From Malacoraja senta (taxonomy: Eukaryota), in the NCBI GenBank assembly GCA_038087875.1, contig JAXLNO010000341.1, forward strand, positions 1-64,000: 64,000 nt of DNA, given 5' to 3'. Numbering within the stretch: position 1 is the stretch's first letter; every line of letters starts with the position of its first letter. The notes beneath the pieces were generated by a model. That model saw only the letters and a list, made by a program, of their open reading frames with translations, was not told where the DNA came from and made no database searches. Of the stretch, positions 25,980 through 38,254 are shown piece by piece. The position numbers and the translations under genes are program-made.

Positions 25980-26262
25980 ACCAGAGAAAGCCCCCTTTAT
26001 TCCATTCTTTACCTTCTGCCATCCAGCCAACCTTCTATCCATGCAAAGTATCTTCTCTCCAATTCCATGGGCTCTTATCTTGTTTAGCAGCCTCATGTGT
26101 GGCATCTTATCAAAGGCCTGAAAACCCAAGTAAGCAACATCACTGACTTTCCCTTTGTCTATCTTCCTATTTACTTCCTCAAATACTGTAATTCTAACAG
26201 ATTTGTCAGGCAAGACTTCCCCTTCAAATCGTGCTGACTTTGGCCTATTTTATCATGTGCTT
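25980..26262 (-). mobile_element. CR1 LINE RT fragment
   Basis: FEEVNRKIDKGKVSDVAYLGFQAFDKMPHMRLLNKIRAHGI. Confidence 0.85.
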
Positions 26263-26288
26263 CTTATTCAGAAACCTCCATTTTCATC

Positions 26289-27210
26289 GGGTGGCACCGT
26301 GAGCGGCAGCCTCGCCAGCAGCGTGTTTGTCCTTTTGACTTTTTTAGTTTTTTAGTATGTCTAAATCTATGTTTTAGTGTGTGGGGTGGTGGGGGGGGAG
26401 GGGGTGGAATAGGGGGAAACCGTTTTCAGTCAATTACCTCGAAGGCGAGGCGACTTTTCTTCTTGTCGCATCTTCGCCCCCGTCGTGGCCTAACAACTGG
26501 ATGGTGCGGCCTTTCTTGGAGACGGGTTCAGAGCTTCAGCCGCAGGCGCGGCCCGACTTTAACATTGCGGAGCGGGGGCGATCTCTTACCGAGGATCGCC
26601 AGAATAAGTGCTCTGACCGCCGGCCTGCGGACTATAACCGGTCTGCGAAGCTTCTAGCCGTGGGCGCGCCGTGGAATTACCATCGTGGAGCCTGGGATAC
26701 CTTGCCGGGGATCACCAGAAGAAGTGCTTCGACCACCGGCCTGCAGCCTATAATATCGTGAAGCCGCAGTCTCCGGTAAGAATGTGGCCAATTCGGGAAC
26801 TCCAAGCGTGTGTTCCGAGTGTATGTTCCGATCCGTCTCGACATCGGAGTTTCGATCATCCCGATGAGAGGGCTTGTACATCGGTCCATCTGTAGCGGGC
26901 GACTATGGAGGGTTCATGGCCCCGACCATGGGTGAACAAAGGAGGAAGATTGACTGAACGATATTGCCTTCCATCACAGTGAAGAATATTGATTCCATTG
27001 TGGTGGATTGTTTTTATGTTAAATTCTATTGTGTATTGTGTTCTTTTTGATTGTCTGGCTGCATGGTAACGCATGGTAACACAAATGTCACTGTACATTT
27101 GTACACTGTACACTGTACACTGTAAATGTCACTGTACATTTGTACACTGTACACTGTACACTGTAAATTTTCACTGGTGCATGTGACAAATAAACTTGAA
27201 GTTGAACTTG
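26289..27210 (+). mobile_element. GC-rich non-autonomous retroelement with LINE-like 3' tail
   Basis: Shares 5' GGTGGCACC...GCCTCGCCA, a T-rich block, a G-run, ACATCGTGGAGC-like repeats and 3' ATTGCCTTCCATCACAGTGA...GTGACAATAAA with copies at 47303-47897, 59482-60130 and 61580-62340, plus a 3' piece at 10980-11170. Confidence 0.7.
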
Positions 27211-28769
27211 ATTTTGTTTTGCTGAGTTTTGCACAGATCCAATGGGTGTTCTCTTGGGCGCAAATTAATCCTGTAAATGTCTCCGTATAAGTAAGGTGAG
27301 AGAATTTTAATTATGCTCATTGTTTCTGAGCCAAGAATTGAGAGCACAGTGAAATCATAAACTTTTATATTTGCAGCATGCTTTCGAGACAATGAATTAC
27401 TTAGGTCAGTATTGTTAGATTAGTAAATTTAGCAATCATACTGGACACCGAAAAGTCCCATAAATAGATAATGAAATGGATGTCTGGCCAATTCATCTCT
27501 TGTTAATGGAGAGGAAAATATTAGCCGGCTAATTGGGAGAACTCCCTGCTCTTCTTCAAGTAATGCCGGTTAACAGATGAGATGTCAATGTAACTCATGT
27601 TAAACAGCTGTGGTTTGAGATGTTCATATATGCAGTTGTTATGTTCTGCACAGGTAAATGCATATATTTTATGCATAATGTACAAACATTAAAGAACTGC
27701 ATAATTCACCTAGATCATGAAATTCAACTCAACACTTCTATGTGCAGTCTAAAGAAGGGTCTCGACCTGAAACGTCACGCATTCCTTTTCTCCAGAGGAT
27801 GCTGCCTGTCCCGCTGAGTTACTCCAGCATTTTGTGTCTAATTTCTACATGCATTATGTGGTGGTATATGCAACACATCCAGCATGCCAGATGGTCAATC
27901 ATTGTGAAATGCACACTTTCAACATTGTATGCTGCAAATACATTATGTTTAGCTGATCGTGAAAGATAGAGACATTGCCTAAGGCGAGACGGACAAAGTT
28001 TAAAGGGGATGTGCGGGGCAAAGTTTTTACGCAGAAAGTGGTGAGTGCCTGGAACGTGCTGCCAGGGATGGTGGTGATGGAGGCAGATATGTTAGTGCCA
28101 TTTAAGAGGCTTTAGATAGGCACATCATTATGCAGGGAATGGAGGGATATGGATCACATGCAGGCAAAAGGGATTAGTTTAACTTGGCATAATGTTTGGC
28201 ACGGACTGTGGGCTGAAGTGCTGGGTTCCTGTGCTGTGCTGTTCCATGTTCTATCGTCGATCACGCACTGAAGAGGAGCTTTAAAACAACGCCCCATTCA
28301 CTGCTGTGTCCTATTCACGTTTTTATTACTTCAGTGTATAATTTATTATGCAGGAAACTTTAGCCACAGAGATGGGGTCCACGTTTACTTTGGGTGAAGC
28401 ACACATTATTTCTTTATTCTTAACCTTTGGTTAAAAAAAAAGAGGGTGGTGAATCTGTGAAATTCATTGCCACTTTTGGCTGTGGCAGCCAAGTCATTGG
28501 ATGTTTTAAAGCGGAGATTGATAAGTTCTTAATTAGTAAGGGCATCAAAGGATACGGGGAGAAGGCAGGAGAATGGAGTTGAGATAGGAAAATAGATCAG
28601 CCGCCCTCAAATGGTGGCGCAAACTCAATGGATTGAATGCCCTAATTCTGCTTCTATGTCGTATGGTCTTCTGGACTCTGCCTCTTGTTGTTGTGCTGTG
28701 CGGGCTCTGCTGGGCAAGAAGAGAGGGCTTGTGTGCTGAGCGAAATGTCCAGTGCCTATAAGAAGGAAA

Positions 28770-29445
28770 GGAAAAGCACATGCCTGCAGACCATATCCTT
28801 GAAGATACACAAGGCATTGAGCTCCTCAGTTCAGCTTTCTGAGGATCAATGCATCCAAGTGGCAGTGATGACAAAGATCTGTGAACGTCTTGAGGTGTGG
28901 CTCCAACCACATATGCACCTGAACCCTTCTGTCTGCATAAGAGAAGCCATTGTTACCCTGAATGTTATGTGTGACTATACTAATCGATGCCTACATTTCA
29001 CTTTGCAGTACACAACTAAAATTATTCTCTTTAATCAAGGAAGAGAGGAGTAGGACCCAACCAATAGCACTTACATGGTTTCCGATCCAAACCCAGATCT
29101 CCACTTAAATCACAAGGGCTATCACTCACTAAATGTTCAACTGATTTGCAACCATGAAGTGAAATTTTGCATAATCATAACCAAGGTTCAGGAAATTCAC
29201 ATGGCTTATTTGTTCTCAGCAGTTTATGATGCCTGCCATATTTTCAACCATTGTGTAACTTGGAGGAATAGGGTTATTTCTTCTTTTATAGGATGCTCAT
29301 CGCTCTCAAAGGTCCTGTCATTGCAGTTGAGATACAGTTGAGGAGCCACCAGGACACCAATCGAGAATGTCTTTGTGGATTCAAGTGGGATTCAGATACT
29401 TCCATTGATCTGGGGTACCATACAGTATTTACCGGAGAAAGTTGG
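28770..29445 (+). pseudogene. Fossil PIF/Harbinger (HARBI1-like) transposase
   Basis: Remnant motifs across frames: QLSEDQC, LNHKGYHSLNVQLICN, TRTPIENVF, FRYFH*SG and IQYLPEKV. Confidence 0.75.
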
Positions 29446-31249
29446 GTGTTTAGTTTGGTTTAGTTTAGAGATACAGTGTGGAAACAGGTCCATTGGTCCA
29501 CCGAGTCCGCACTGACCAGCGATCCCCGTACATTAACACTAACCTACACACACTAAGCACAATTTATCAAGCCAATTAACCTACAAATATGTACACCTTT
29601 GAGGTGTGGGAGGCAACCAGACATCCCAGAGACATCGAACCTGGGTCTCTGGCTCTGTAAGGCAGCAACTCTACTACTGCGCCACCGTGTCGCGCTGACA
29701 TTGACATCAGTCGGAGCTTCGGCAGTCTTCATCCACCTAGGGTTTTATCTTTTTTATTCTTCTACGTGCCCACAATTCCTTGTCCATTGTCCACTGCATG
29801 GTCCATGATGTGAATATCATTAGAGGTAAAGTCTTGTCTGCGGGCTTTTAGCCGAAGGTGGAAGATCAGCCAAGAGAGGATCGTGACAGCAGGCAGCAAT
29901 GGCAAAGGATGATTTGCACTGCTAGGCTGGAAAGAGAACCTGCAGATTTTCTATAGGACTTCACTTCACTTGGTCTGCACCCAACCAGTCAAAGATATCT
30001 TGATGCACGTGGGAATAAAGCAACTAAACACTGCAGACATTACCTATACTCGCAAACCCAGACCAGGATCTATGCCCAGTCTGCAGTGCTAGCTTTTTGG
30101 ATAAACTTGACTGCCAGGACACATTCATCTATAAAAAATACATTCAGATTCCACAGTCACTTGTGACATTGCTGTAAAGGCATCAATGTCTAGTTTAGTT
30201 TAGTTTAGAGGTACCATGCGGAAACAGGCCCTTCGGCCCACCCTGTGCACGTCGACCAGTGATCCCCGCACATTAACACTATCGTACACACACCAGGTGG
30301 ATAATTTACAATTTTACCAAGCCAGTTAACCTAGTAACCTGTACATCTTTGGTGTGTAGGAGAAACCGGAGCACCCGGAGAAAGCCCATTCAGGTCACTG
30401 GGAGATGTACAGACAGCATCCATAGTCAGGATCGGATCTCTGGCATTGTAAGGCAGCGAAGCCACCGTGCACTGTCTTCTGAGTACCTTTCTCCAAGAAG
30501 AAATCACACACACAAGCAATGGTTACTGAATTGTCCACACTGAAGGAAGAAAGAATCTTTGAAAAGTATCTGACATCATGAAGGTAGACAAAAATGCTGG
30601 AGAAACTCAGCGGGTGAGGCAGCATCTATGGAGCAAAGGAAATAGGCGACATTTCGGGTCGAGACCTTCGTTTGATACTAAGAAAATTAATGAAATAGAA
30701 GAATTATGGACACGAAGAAGAAGAATAAAAAATAAAACACAAGGTGGATGAAGAAGGCCTTATCTCCGACTGATATCAACGTTATGCACGGCAGGAAGAC
30801 ATTGGAAATGATCTAAGGCAGTGATGGTCAACTCAAGAGCTCCTATGTCAGCCTACCCCTCGTGTTATTGTAACTATCAATGATTCATGAGACTACAATT
30901 CTTTTCATAAATTGAGCAGCTGTCTGTGACACCATCGGCCCAGAGAACTATTCCCGACTCCAGTTATATTGGGTCACTCACTTAGTCTAGAAATAACTAT
31001 GCAATTAATACTTCTGAGCTTACTGTATCTGTCCGAACCATGCAACTTTGCAGACATTGAACTAATGAACGCCCTGGGGGATCAGTTTTGTGTCCTATAT
31101 ACGTCTGAAGCCTAACCTAGACAACATGGCAGAGATCACCTCATGAAACACCGAAAGGTTTTTCAAAACCTATGGCAGTGATTTTCAAAACATGGTGCTC
31201 ACAATTGCTGGTCTGACATTTATTTCAGAGCCCTGACAAAAATGACCTC

Positions 31250-32310
31250 TGAAACTTGTAAAATAGAAATAAAAATGCTGAAATCACTCAGCGATTTTTT
31301 TTTTGCCTCAGAAGGGCAGCATCTGTGGAAAGAGAAATGGTGTTAAAGTTTCAGGCCAAAGAAGCTTCAGATGAACTGAAAAGGAGAGAAATCAAGCATG
31401 TATCAAGCTATGAGGGGGATGGAGGAGAGTTGGCGGAATGGAGAGGGGGGAGTGGAGCATGGAGAATGAATAGGAACTATCTCTGAGGGAGGATGCCAAG
31501 GTTGCCTATGCCAGGAAGGAAATTTATCTGCCAACAGTCATAAAAACACAAAATACATGTAAAATGAAATTAAAGTGATGAGTGGACAGGATTGGGGAGT
31601 GCAAAGATTGGGAGGGTGGGGGGGTAGTGGGGGAGGGGAGGGGGGGGTGAAGGGGAGTCCGTCTACCCCACGACAGAAGGGGGAGGAGTTGTACAGTTTG
31701 ATAGCCACAGGGACGAACGGTTCTCCTGTGGCGTTCTGTCTTGCATCTTGGTGGAACCAGTCTGTTGCAGAAGGTGCTCCTCAGGTTGGACCAGTGGTCA
31801 GCTATTAATGAGGTCTTCTGGCCAATGGGTTAAGAGGAGCAGTTCTGGAAGGAGAATATGGATCTTTCTTCATAAAAGCGATGAAATTAATGTGGTTAGA
31901 GAGTGAGAACACATACAAAGGATGATAAGAGTTGTGGAATGCAGGGCTGCAGGACATGCTCGGTAACATGGGCTGTGCTATTGGAGAGAGGAAATCGGAA
32001 CCAACCACACAGGTGGATGACCTGGCCATTTGATACAGACTACGAGAGCAACTTACCTGAAGTTGTAGAATTTGACACTGAGCATGGAAGGCTGCAATGG
32101 TCCCAGAATGAAGGTAAATGCTGTTCCTCAAACGTATGTTGGGCTCAGTTATAACAATGCAGGAGGACACACGTAGATAGCTTAGATTGGAAATGTGGTG
32201 GAGAATTAAAGTGGCAAGTGACAGGAAGCTCAGGATTGCCTCCTGTAGACTGAATCAAACAACCTGCACTTGTTTTCTCAAATGTGGAGGGGATCATGTT
32301 GTGAGCACCA
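31250..32310 (-). mobile_element. Degenerate Penelope-like fragments with an inserted Rex-like tail
   Basis: 32050-32310 parallels the GIY-YIG end at 9443-9545. 31255-31390 parallels the terminal repeat. 31540-31790 resembles a Rex 3' end. Confidence 0.5.
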
Positions 32311-32894
32311 AATGTGACAGCACGTTAGCCCTTGACCTGTCTCTGCAACAACATTGACTCACTCCATCTCACAGCTGTCCGATCTGCAATTCCATTTTCC
32401 CACTGCTCTTGATGCTGCAGCGGGTGACATTTTCCCTTTTTTTTCAGATGTGTCGCAGTGGCAGAGTTACTGCCTTACGGCACCAGAGACCCAGGTTCGA
32501 TCCTGACTGCAGGTGCTGTCTGCACGGAGTTTGTACGTTCTCCCCGTGACATCATGGGTTTACTCTGGATGCTCCGGAATCCTCCCACACTCCAAAGACG
32601 TACAGGTTGGTAGCCTAATTGGCTTGGTTTTATTGTAAATCGGTCCTTCTGTGTGCAGGATAGTGCTAGTGTACGGAGTGATCGCTTGTCGGTGCGGACT
32701 CGGTGGACCAGTGGGCCTGTTTCCGCACTGTAGCTCTAAATTAAAACTAAAAGCTTCTGAATTTCCAAAACTTCTCCAGATGTTCCTCAAACATTGCTCA
32801 CCTGTGACCCCATCCTTATGCCCAGTTCCAACCCCTGCCATACTTTCACCTGGCTTTCTGATCTTCCCTCTCTGATCTCAAATCAATCCTCAGT

Positions 32895-33342
32895 TCAGGA
32901 TGGGCAGGACCTACACAGTGAATGGTAGAGCTCTGGGGAGTGTTGTAGAGCAGAGGGATCAAGGAATGGAGGTGCATGGTTCCTTGAAGTCAAGTGGCAT
33001 GTAGATTGAGATGTGTAAAAGGCATTTGGCACATTGGCCTTCATCAGCCAGAGTATTGAGCATAGAGGTTGGGAGGACATGTTGCAATTGTATAAGACGC
33101 CGGTGAGGGTAGCATTTAGAGTATTGTGTTCTGTTCTGGGCACTCACTATGTTATAGGAAAGATGTTGTCAAGTTGGAAAGGGTACTAGAGAAGATTTAC
33201 GAGGATGTTGCCAGGACTAGAGTCTGAGCTATAAGGAGAGGTTGAGTAGATAGGGAATCTATTTCTTGGAGTGCAGGAGGATGCAGAATCTCTTGCCCAC
33301 AGTTGGCAAATCAAGGACAAAAGGACATAGGTTTAAGGCAAA
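32895..33342 (+). mobile_element. CR1 LINE 3' fragment
   Basis: GGCAGGACCTACACAGTGAATGG through AGGACATAGGTTTAAGG, homologous to the other CR1 copies. Confidence 0.85.
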
Positions 33343-34402
33343 GGGTTCCCAACCTGGAGCATGGAAAACATCACTGGAGAGAAGGAATAGATCACGTTTC
33401 GTGTCGAGACCCTCCTTTCGACTTCAGTCTCAACCTGAAACGTCACCCATTCCTTCTCTCCAGAGATGCTGCCTCTTCTGCTGAGTTACTCCAGCATTTT
33501 GTGTCTACCTTTGGTTGAAACCAGCATCTGCAGTTCCTTCCTACACGCGAGGCTAAGGAAGAGTCGACCTTTCAAGCCAAGACTCGGCATCAGACTGAAG
33601 TTGCAGATAGAGGATGGGATAACAACATTAAGGATTTTGGGGCCAAGATAAATGAATGAATGAATGAATGAATGAATGAATAGTTTATTTCGGTCATACA
33701 TTAAAAAGAACAAAACGTTACAATCTGTGAGAATATGAACCAACACTGTATCCATTTCACACAACGTTCACATAATCAAAGACTGAAAAAGGAATAGGCT
33801 GAAGCCACAAAGCTTATTTTTGCCTATCCTATACAATCCATAAGATAACCCCGAATATCAGCATTACAAAGGAAAGAAAAAAATAAAATTTACTCTAAAT
33901 TGTAATCCTTACTTATTTTACATTTTAATCATTTTACATTATAATCCTTAATTATTTTACATTTTAAGGCTTTTTTGAAACTCAACAGAGAGCTACAATA
34001 ATTTTAAAATTAATTCAGTGGAGAAGGGGGAGGAGATGAAGAGGGCTCTTGTATGATTGGTACAAGGCAACATCGAGTACTGCAAGTTTTGTTTATAAAG
34101 TATGTAATTTGATAAGCTGGTTCTCAGAGGTTTCGAAGAAACAAATGCTGTGGTTGCAGAAACACAGATATCAGTAGCATTGCTTGTGAAGTGTGGGTGC
34201 AGGAACTGGTATTAAGTCATATATGGGTAGGACCTGGTGACTTCACCGGGCAATTTATTTCTCATTGTGAACTAATGCCTTGCACAGCTCACTAATATTT
34301 CTTGGACATTGCACAAGAAATGTATCGTGCCTGTTTTGGCTCAGTAATAACACCCACTACTGTTTAGTTTTTTCAGTTAAGTTTAGAGATACAGCGCGGA
34401 CA

Positions 34403-34875
<473 letters not shown>

Positions 34876-35289
34876 ATAAATATTTTATTAATTACCAACA
34901 TTTGTGCAAATAACCCCATGGTCATTAGTGCAACCAAAGCCACTCCATAGAAGTCCAAGGCCAGAAATGTTTGCAGCTTCTTGAAGGTGAATATATATAA
35001 AATCTTTTTGCAGTGAAGGTTTTTCTCTTTGCATTAATCTGGTTGTCTTCATTTCTCATTAAGCAATCCACAATGTTAACACGGGTCTCTGGACACTGCT
35101 GGGAGAGAATATATAATCTCCACTTCATTAGAAATTCTGAACATGTTTACAACACTAAAGGAAGCTCGTCACCTCTTTGTAGATTTGTCTACTCCTTTTC
35201 CAGGGAATGGAGGTGGAAACTTTCCTTTTCCACCTCCATTCCCTGATCACCAGCGGGAAGGTTTAAAGGAGCTGTTTGATTGTCTCTGA

Positions 35290-37636
35290 GAAGCGCAGCA
35301 GTCAATAAGAAGTAAAATGATAACCTATAAATAGTGGCTATGTGCTGAGATGAAGTGTGCGTGAGGGTAAAAGTGTGAAGGCTTTGACTCAAGAGGCTTC
35401 AGTGAGGAGGCTTAGCAGAGGATGATGCCAAGATATGGTAAGGTTATTTTTGCGACCTTCTTCTTTAGTCTACTTGCAGTTGGGGCATTGTTCTACTCGT
35501 CCTGCAGGACGTGGGAAGCCAGGGAAACTTCCATTGCCCGTGGGAAGTTCCTGACTGCAGTTCCGGACTGACCGTGTGAGGGACCTGGAGCCACATCTGG
35601 ATGACACTCGGGATCGGAGGGAAGACAGAGAACATTATAAACGGGAGTCATGGTGAGATGATCACATCTGAGGTGCAGGCAGAAGCTAGGTGAGTGACCA
35701 CCAGGCAGGGTGAAGAGAGTGGGCAGAGTGCGCAGGAATCCCCTATGGCCTTTCCATTTGAAAACATGTATATTCTTTTGAAGATAAGATACAAAAAGTT
35801 GGAGTAACTCAGCGGGACAGGCAGCATCTCTGGAGAGAAGGAATGGGGGACGTTTCGGGTCAAGACCCTTCTTCAGACTAATCTTTTGAATGCTGCTGGG
35901 TGGCATCAGAAGGGGGCGGGGGGGTTGGGCGTGACTGTCCAAGAGAAAGCAGCAGCAGCCATGTCTGGCTCTCAGGTACAGTGGGGTAGTGTGAGTTGAA
36001 TGGAGCTGTAGTGATAGGAGACTATATAGTTAAGGAGATAATAGTGCAATATAGTGCATTGCCTCGCTGGGTCATAGGATTCATGATGTCAGGGAACGGT
36101 TGCAGAAAATTCTCAAGGAGGAGAGTGAGCAGTCAGAGGTCATTGTGTACACCTGTATAAGATCAAATAAGATCAAGAAGAATATGTTGAGGAGTTTGTG
36201 TAGGGATACAGGTTTTAGGATCTTTGGGATCTGTCTGGGGCTGAGTTAACCCATACAAGAGGGACGGGTTGTACCTCAACTGGAGAGTGACAAATATCCT
36301 GGATTGACGTTTACTGGTGCTACTCGGGAGAGTTTAAACTAGACTGGTAGAGAAATGGGTCCCAGAGTAGTAAGGAGACAGGTAACAAGTTGAGGGCAAA
36401 TACTGTGGTAAAAAAGAGTAAAGGGGCTGTCCCACTGCGGCGACCTAATCCGCGAATTTAGAAGAGTTTGCCCTCGACTCAAACCCGCAGCATGGTCGAC
36501 ACATAGTCCTAGGAGGTCCTATGAGGTCACTGGAACTCTCCTTCATGCTCGAGGGAAGTTCCCGAATACACGCGGCCTCAGCTAGGTCGGGGAACATTTT
36601 TCAGCATGTTTAAAAATTTTCCATTAGTAAAATTTGGTCGGCATGGTTCTTTTTAACTCGTAGTGGAGTGGGGTCGCTATTTAGTTACAGGCAGTCGAGG
36701 GCAGCCGTAGGCAATCTCCTTCGCTGACCGGGCATTTTGATTGGCTCATTGGAGTTTTCAGGACCATGGAAAACCGACCAAACCAGGTTATATGCCCGCT
36801 AAACTTTATTAAACCTTAAAAGTGTCTCCACTCCTTCTCCCACCCTTCTCTCCCCTTCTCCCCCTTCTCTCTCCTTCTCTCCCCCTCTCTCCCCTTCTTT
36901 CCCCATCTCTCCCCCCTCCCCCCCCCTCTGCGCTCTCTAAAGGACTTACCGTACACTGTGGCAGCCGTCTTAACCTTCCTCTTCATCGCGGGTGTGAATT
37001 TCAGACAGCGCTCCCCCGCTTTCCCTGGCCCCCGCCTTTGCAACGTGCTTGTGCATGTGTGTGTGTGTGCGGTCGGTCGATCCAGCTCGCGGTTTCAACG
37101 CGGACGGTCGATCCAGCTCGAGGTTTTCAGGCGAGTGCCCTCGAGCTTGAAGGTTGAAGACACAACTCGCGGATTAGGTCACCGCAGTGGGACAGCCCCT
37201 TAAGATTAGCAGACAGGGCAGGGATTATACCTGCAAGATCCTGCTTTTCAATCTCTTTCCTAAATTGACTCAGCAAGACCGCATATATTTCCTGACATTA
37301 GCATGCCAAAGGGAGAGGAAAGACTGGAGGTTTAAATTATGTTTATGTCAATATTAGAGGTTTAACAGGTAAGGTGGATGAACTCAGGGCATGAATTAAT
37401 TTGAAGGACTGGATATTATAGAGTAGCAGGGCTGGTAGCTCAATGTACCGGTGCATAGTCACACAGTGTGATAAAGATGCAGGTAAGAGAGGAGGGGGAG
37501 GGATGGGGTTGCCTTTTTGATCCTGGAGGACATAACTAAGGTGCTCAGAGATCATCTTAATGCTCTTGCGGGATTATCCAGACAGGCTTAATGAGTAGAA
37601 CTTAGAAACAGAAGAGAATGATCACTTTGATGGATC
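35290..37636 (+). mobile_element. CR1 LINE 5' region (ORF1 zinc-finger/esterase remnants and ORF2 start), degenerate
   Basis: TCGTCCTGCAGGACGTGGGAA (SSCRTWE), GTAGTGATAGGAGACTATATAGTT (VVIGD.IV), GACGGGTTGTACCTCAAC (DGL.LN) and GGTAAGGTGGATGAACTCAGGGCA (GKVDELRA). Confidence 0.7.
36422..37200. mobile_element. Harbinger-type non-autonomous element
   Basis: About 34-nt TIRs AGGGGCTGTCCCACTGCGGCGACCTAATCCGCGA / TCGCGGATTAGGTCACCGCAGTGGGACAGCCCCT with a perfect TAA TSD. Confidence 0.9.
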
Positions 37637-37836
37637 NNNNNNNNNNNNNNNNNNNNNNNNNNNNNNNNNNNNNNNNNNNNNNNNNNNNNNNNNNNNNNNN
37701 NNNNNNNNNNNNNNNNNNNNNNNNNNNNNNNNNNNNNNNNNNNNNNNNNNNNNNNNNNNNNNNNNNNNNNNNNNNNNNNNNNNNNNNNNNNNNNNNNNNN
37801 NNNNNNNNNNNNNNNNNNNNNNNNNNNNNNNNNNNN
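37637..37836. other. Assembly gap (200 N)
   Basis: Run of exactly 200 N. The true distance across it is unknown. Confidence 0.99.
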
Positions 37837-38254
37837 AATTTTGAAATTTTACCCCACATTACTCATTACTATACATTGATGCAAGCAGCGGGTTCAGCTC
37901 TGACCCTCAAAGGCCACCATCAACGATGGCACACTCAAAATAAAAACAACCATTTAGAACGATTTTTACATCCTATCATTTAAAGAAAATGAAAAGGTAG
38001 AATTGCGTTCTTTCGGAAGTTGATTTATTTTCTTCAAGCCTTTTGAGTGCACATCTCCAAACAAGGCCCTTTAAGAAATCAATCAAATGGCATCACATAA
38101 AGATGAAAATATAGACACCAGATATGACCCTCTGCATGCTCAGAGGAGAATAATTAATGTATGTGCAACTATACTACATAATTTATACAAATTACTACAA
38201 CTCTTTTCTTTCTGGCTTGAACGATTTTTTAAAATCTGTGCAGCCATTTATTTC

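Noticed and set aside
30960..30992. Third Helitron end (CACTTAGTCTAG)
   Set aside because: The terminal 12 nt match, but the hairpin is degraded and no 5' end was found.
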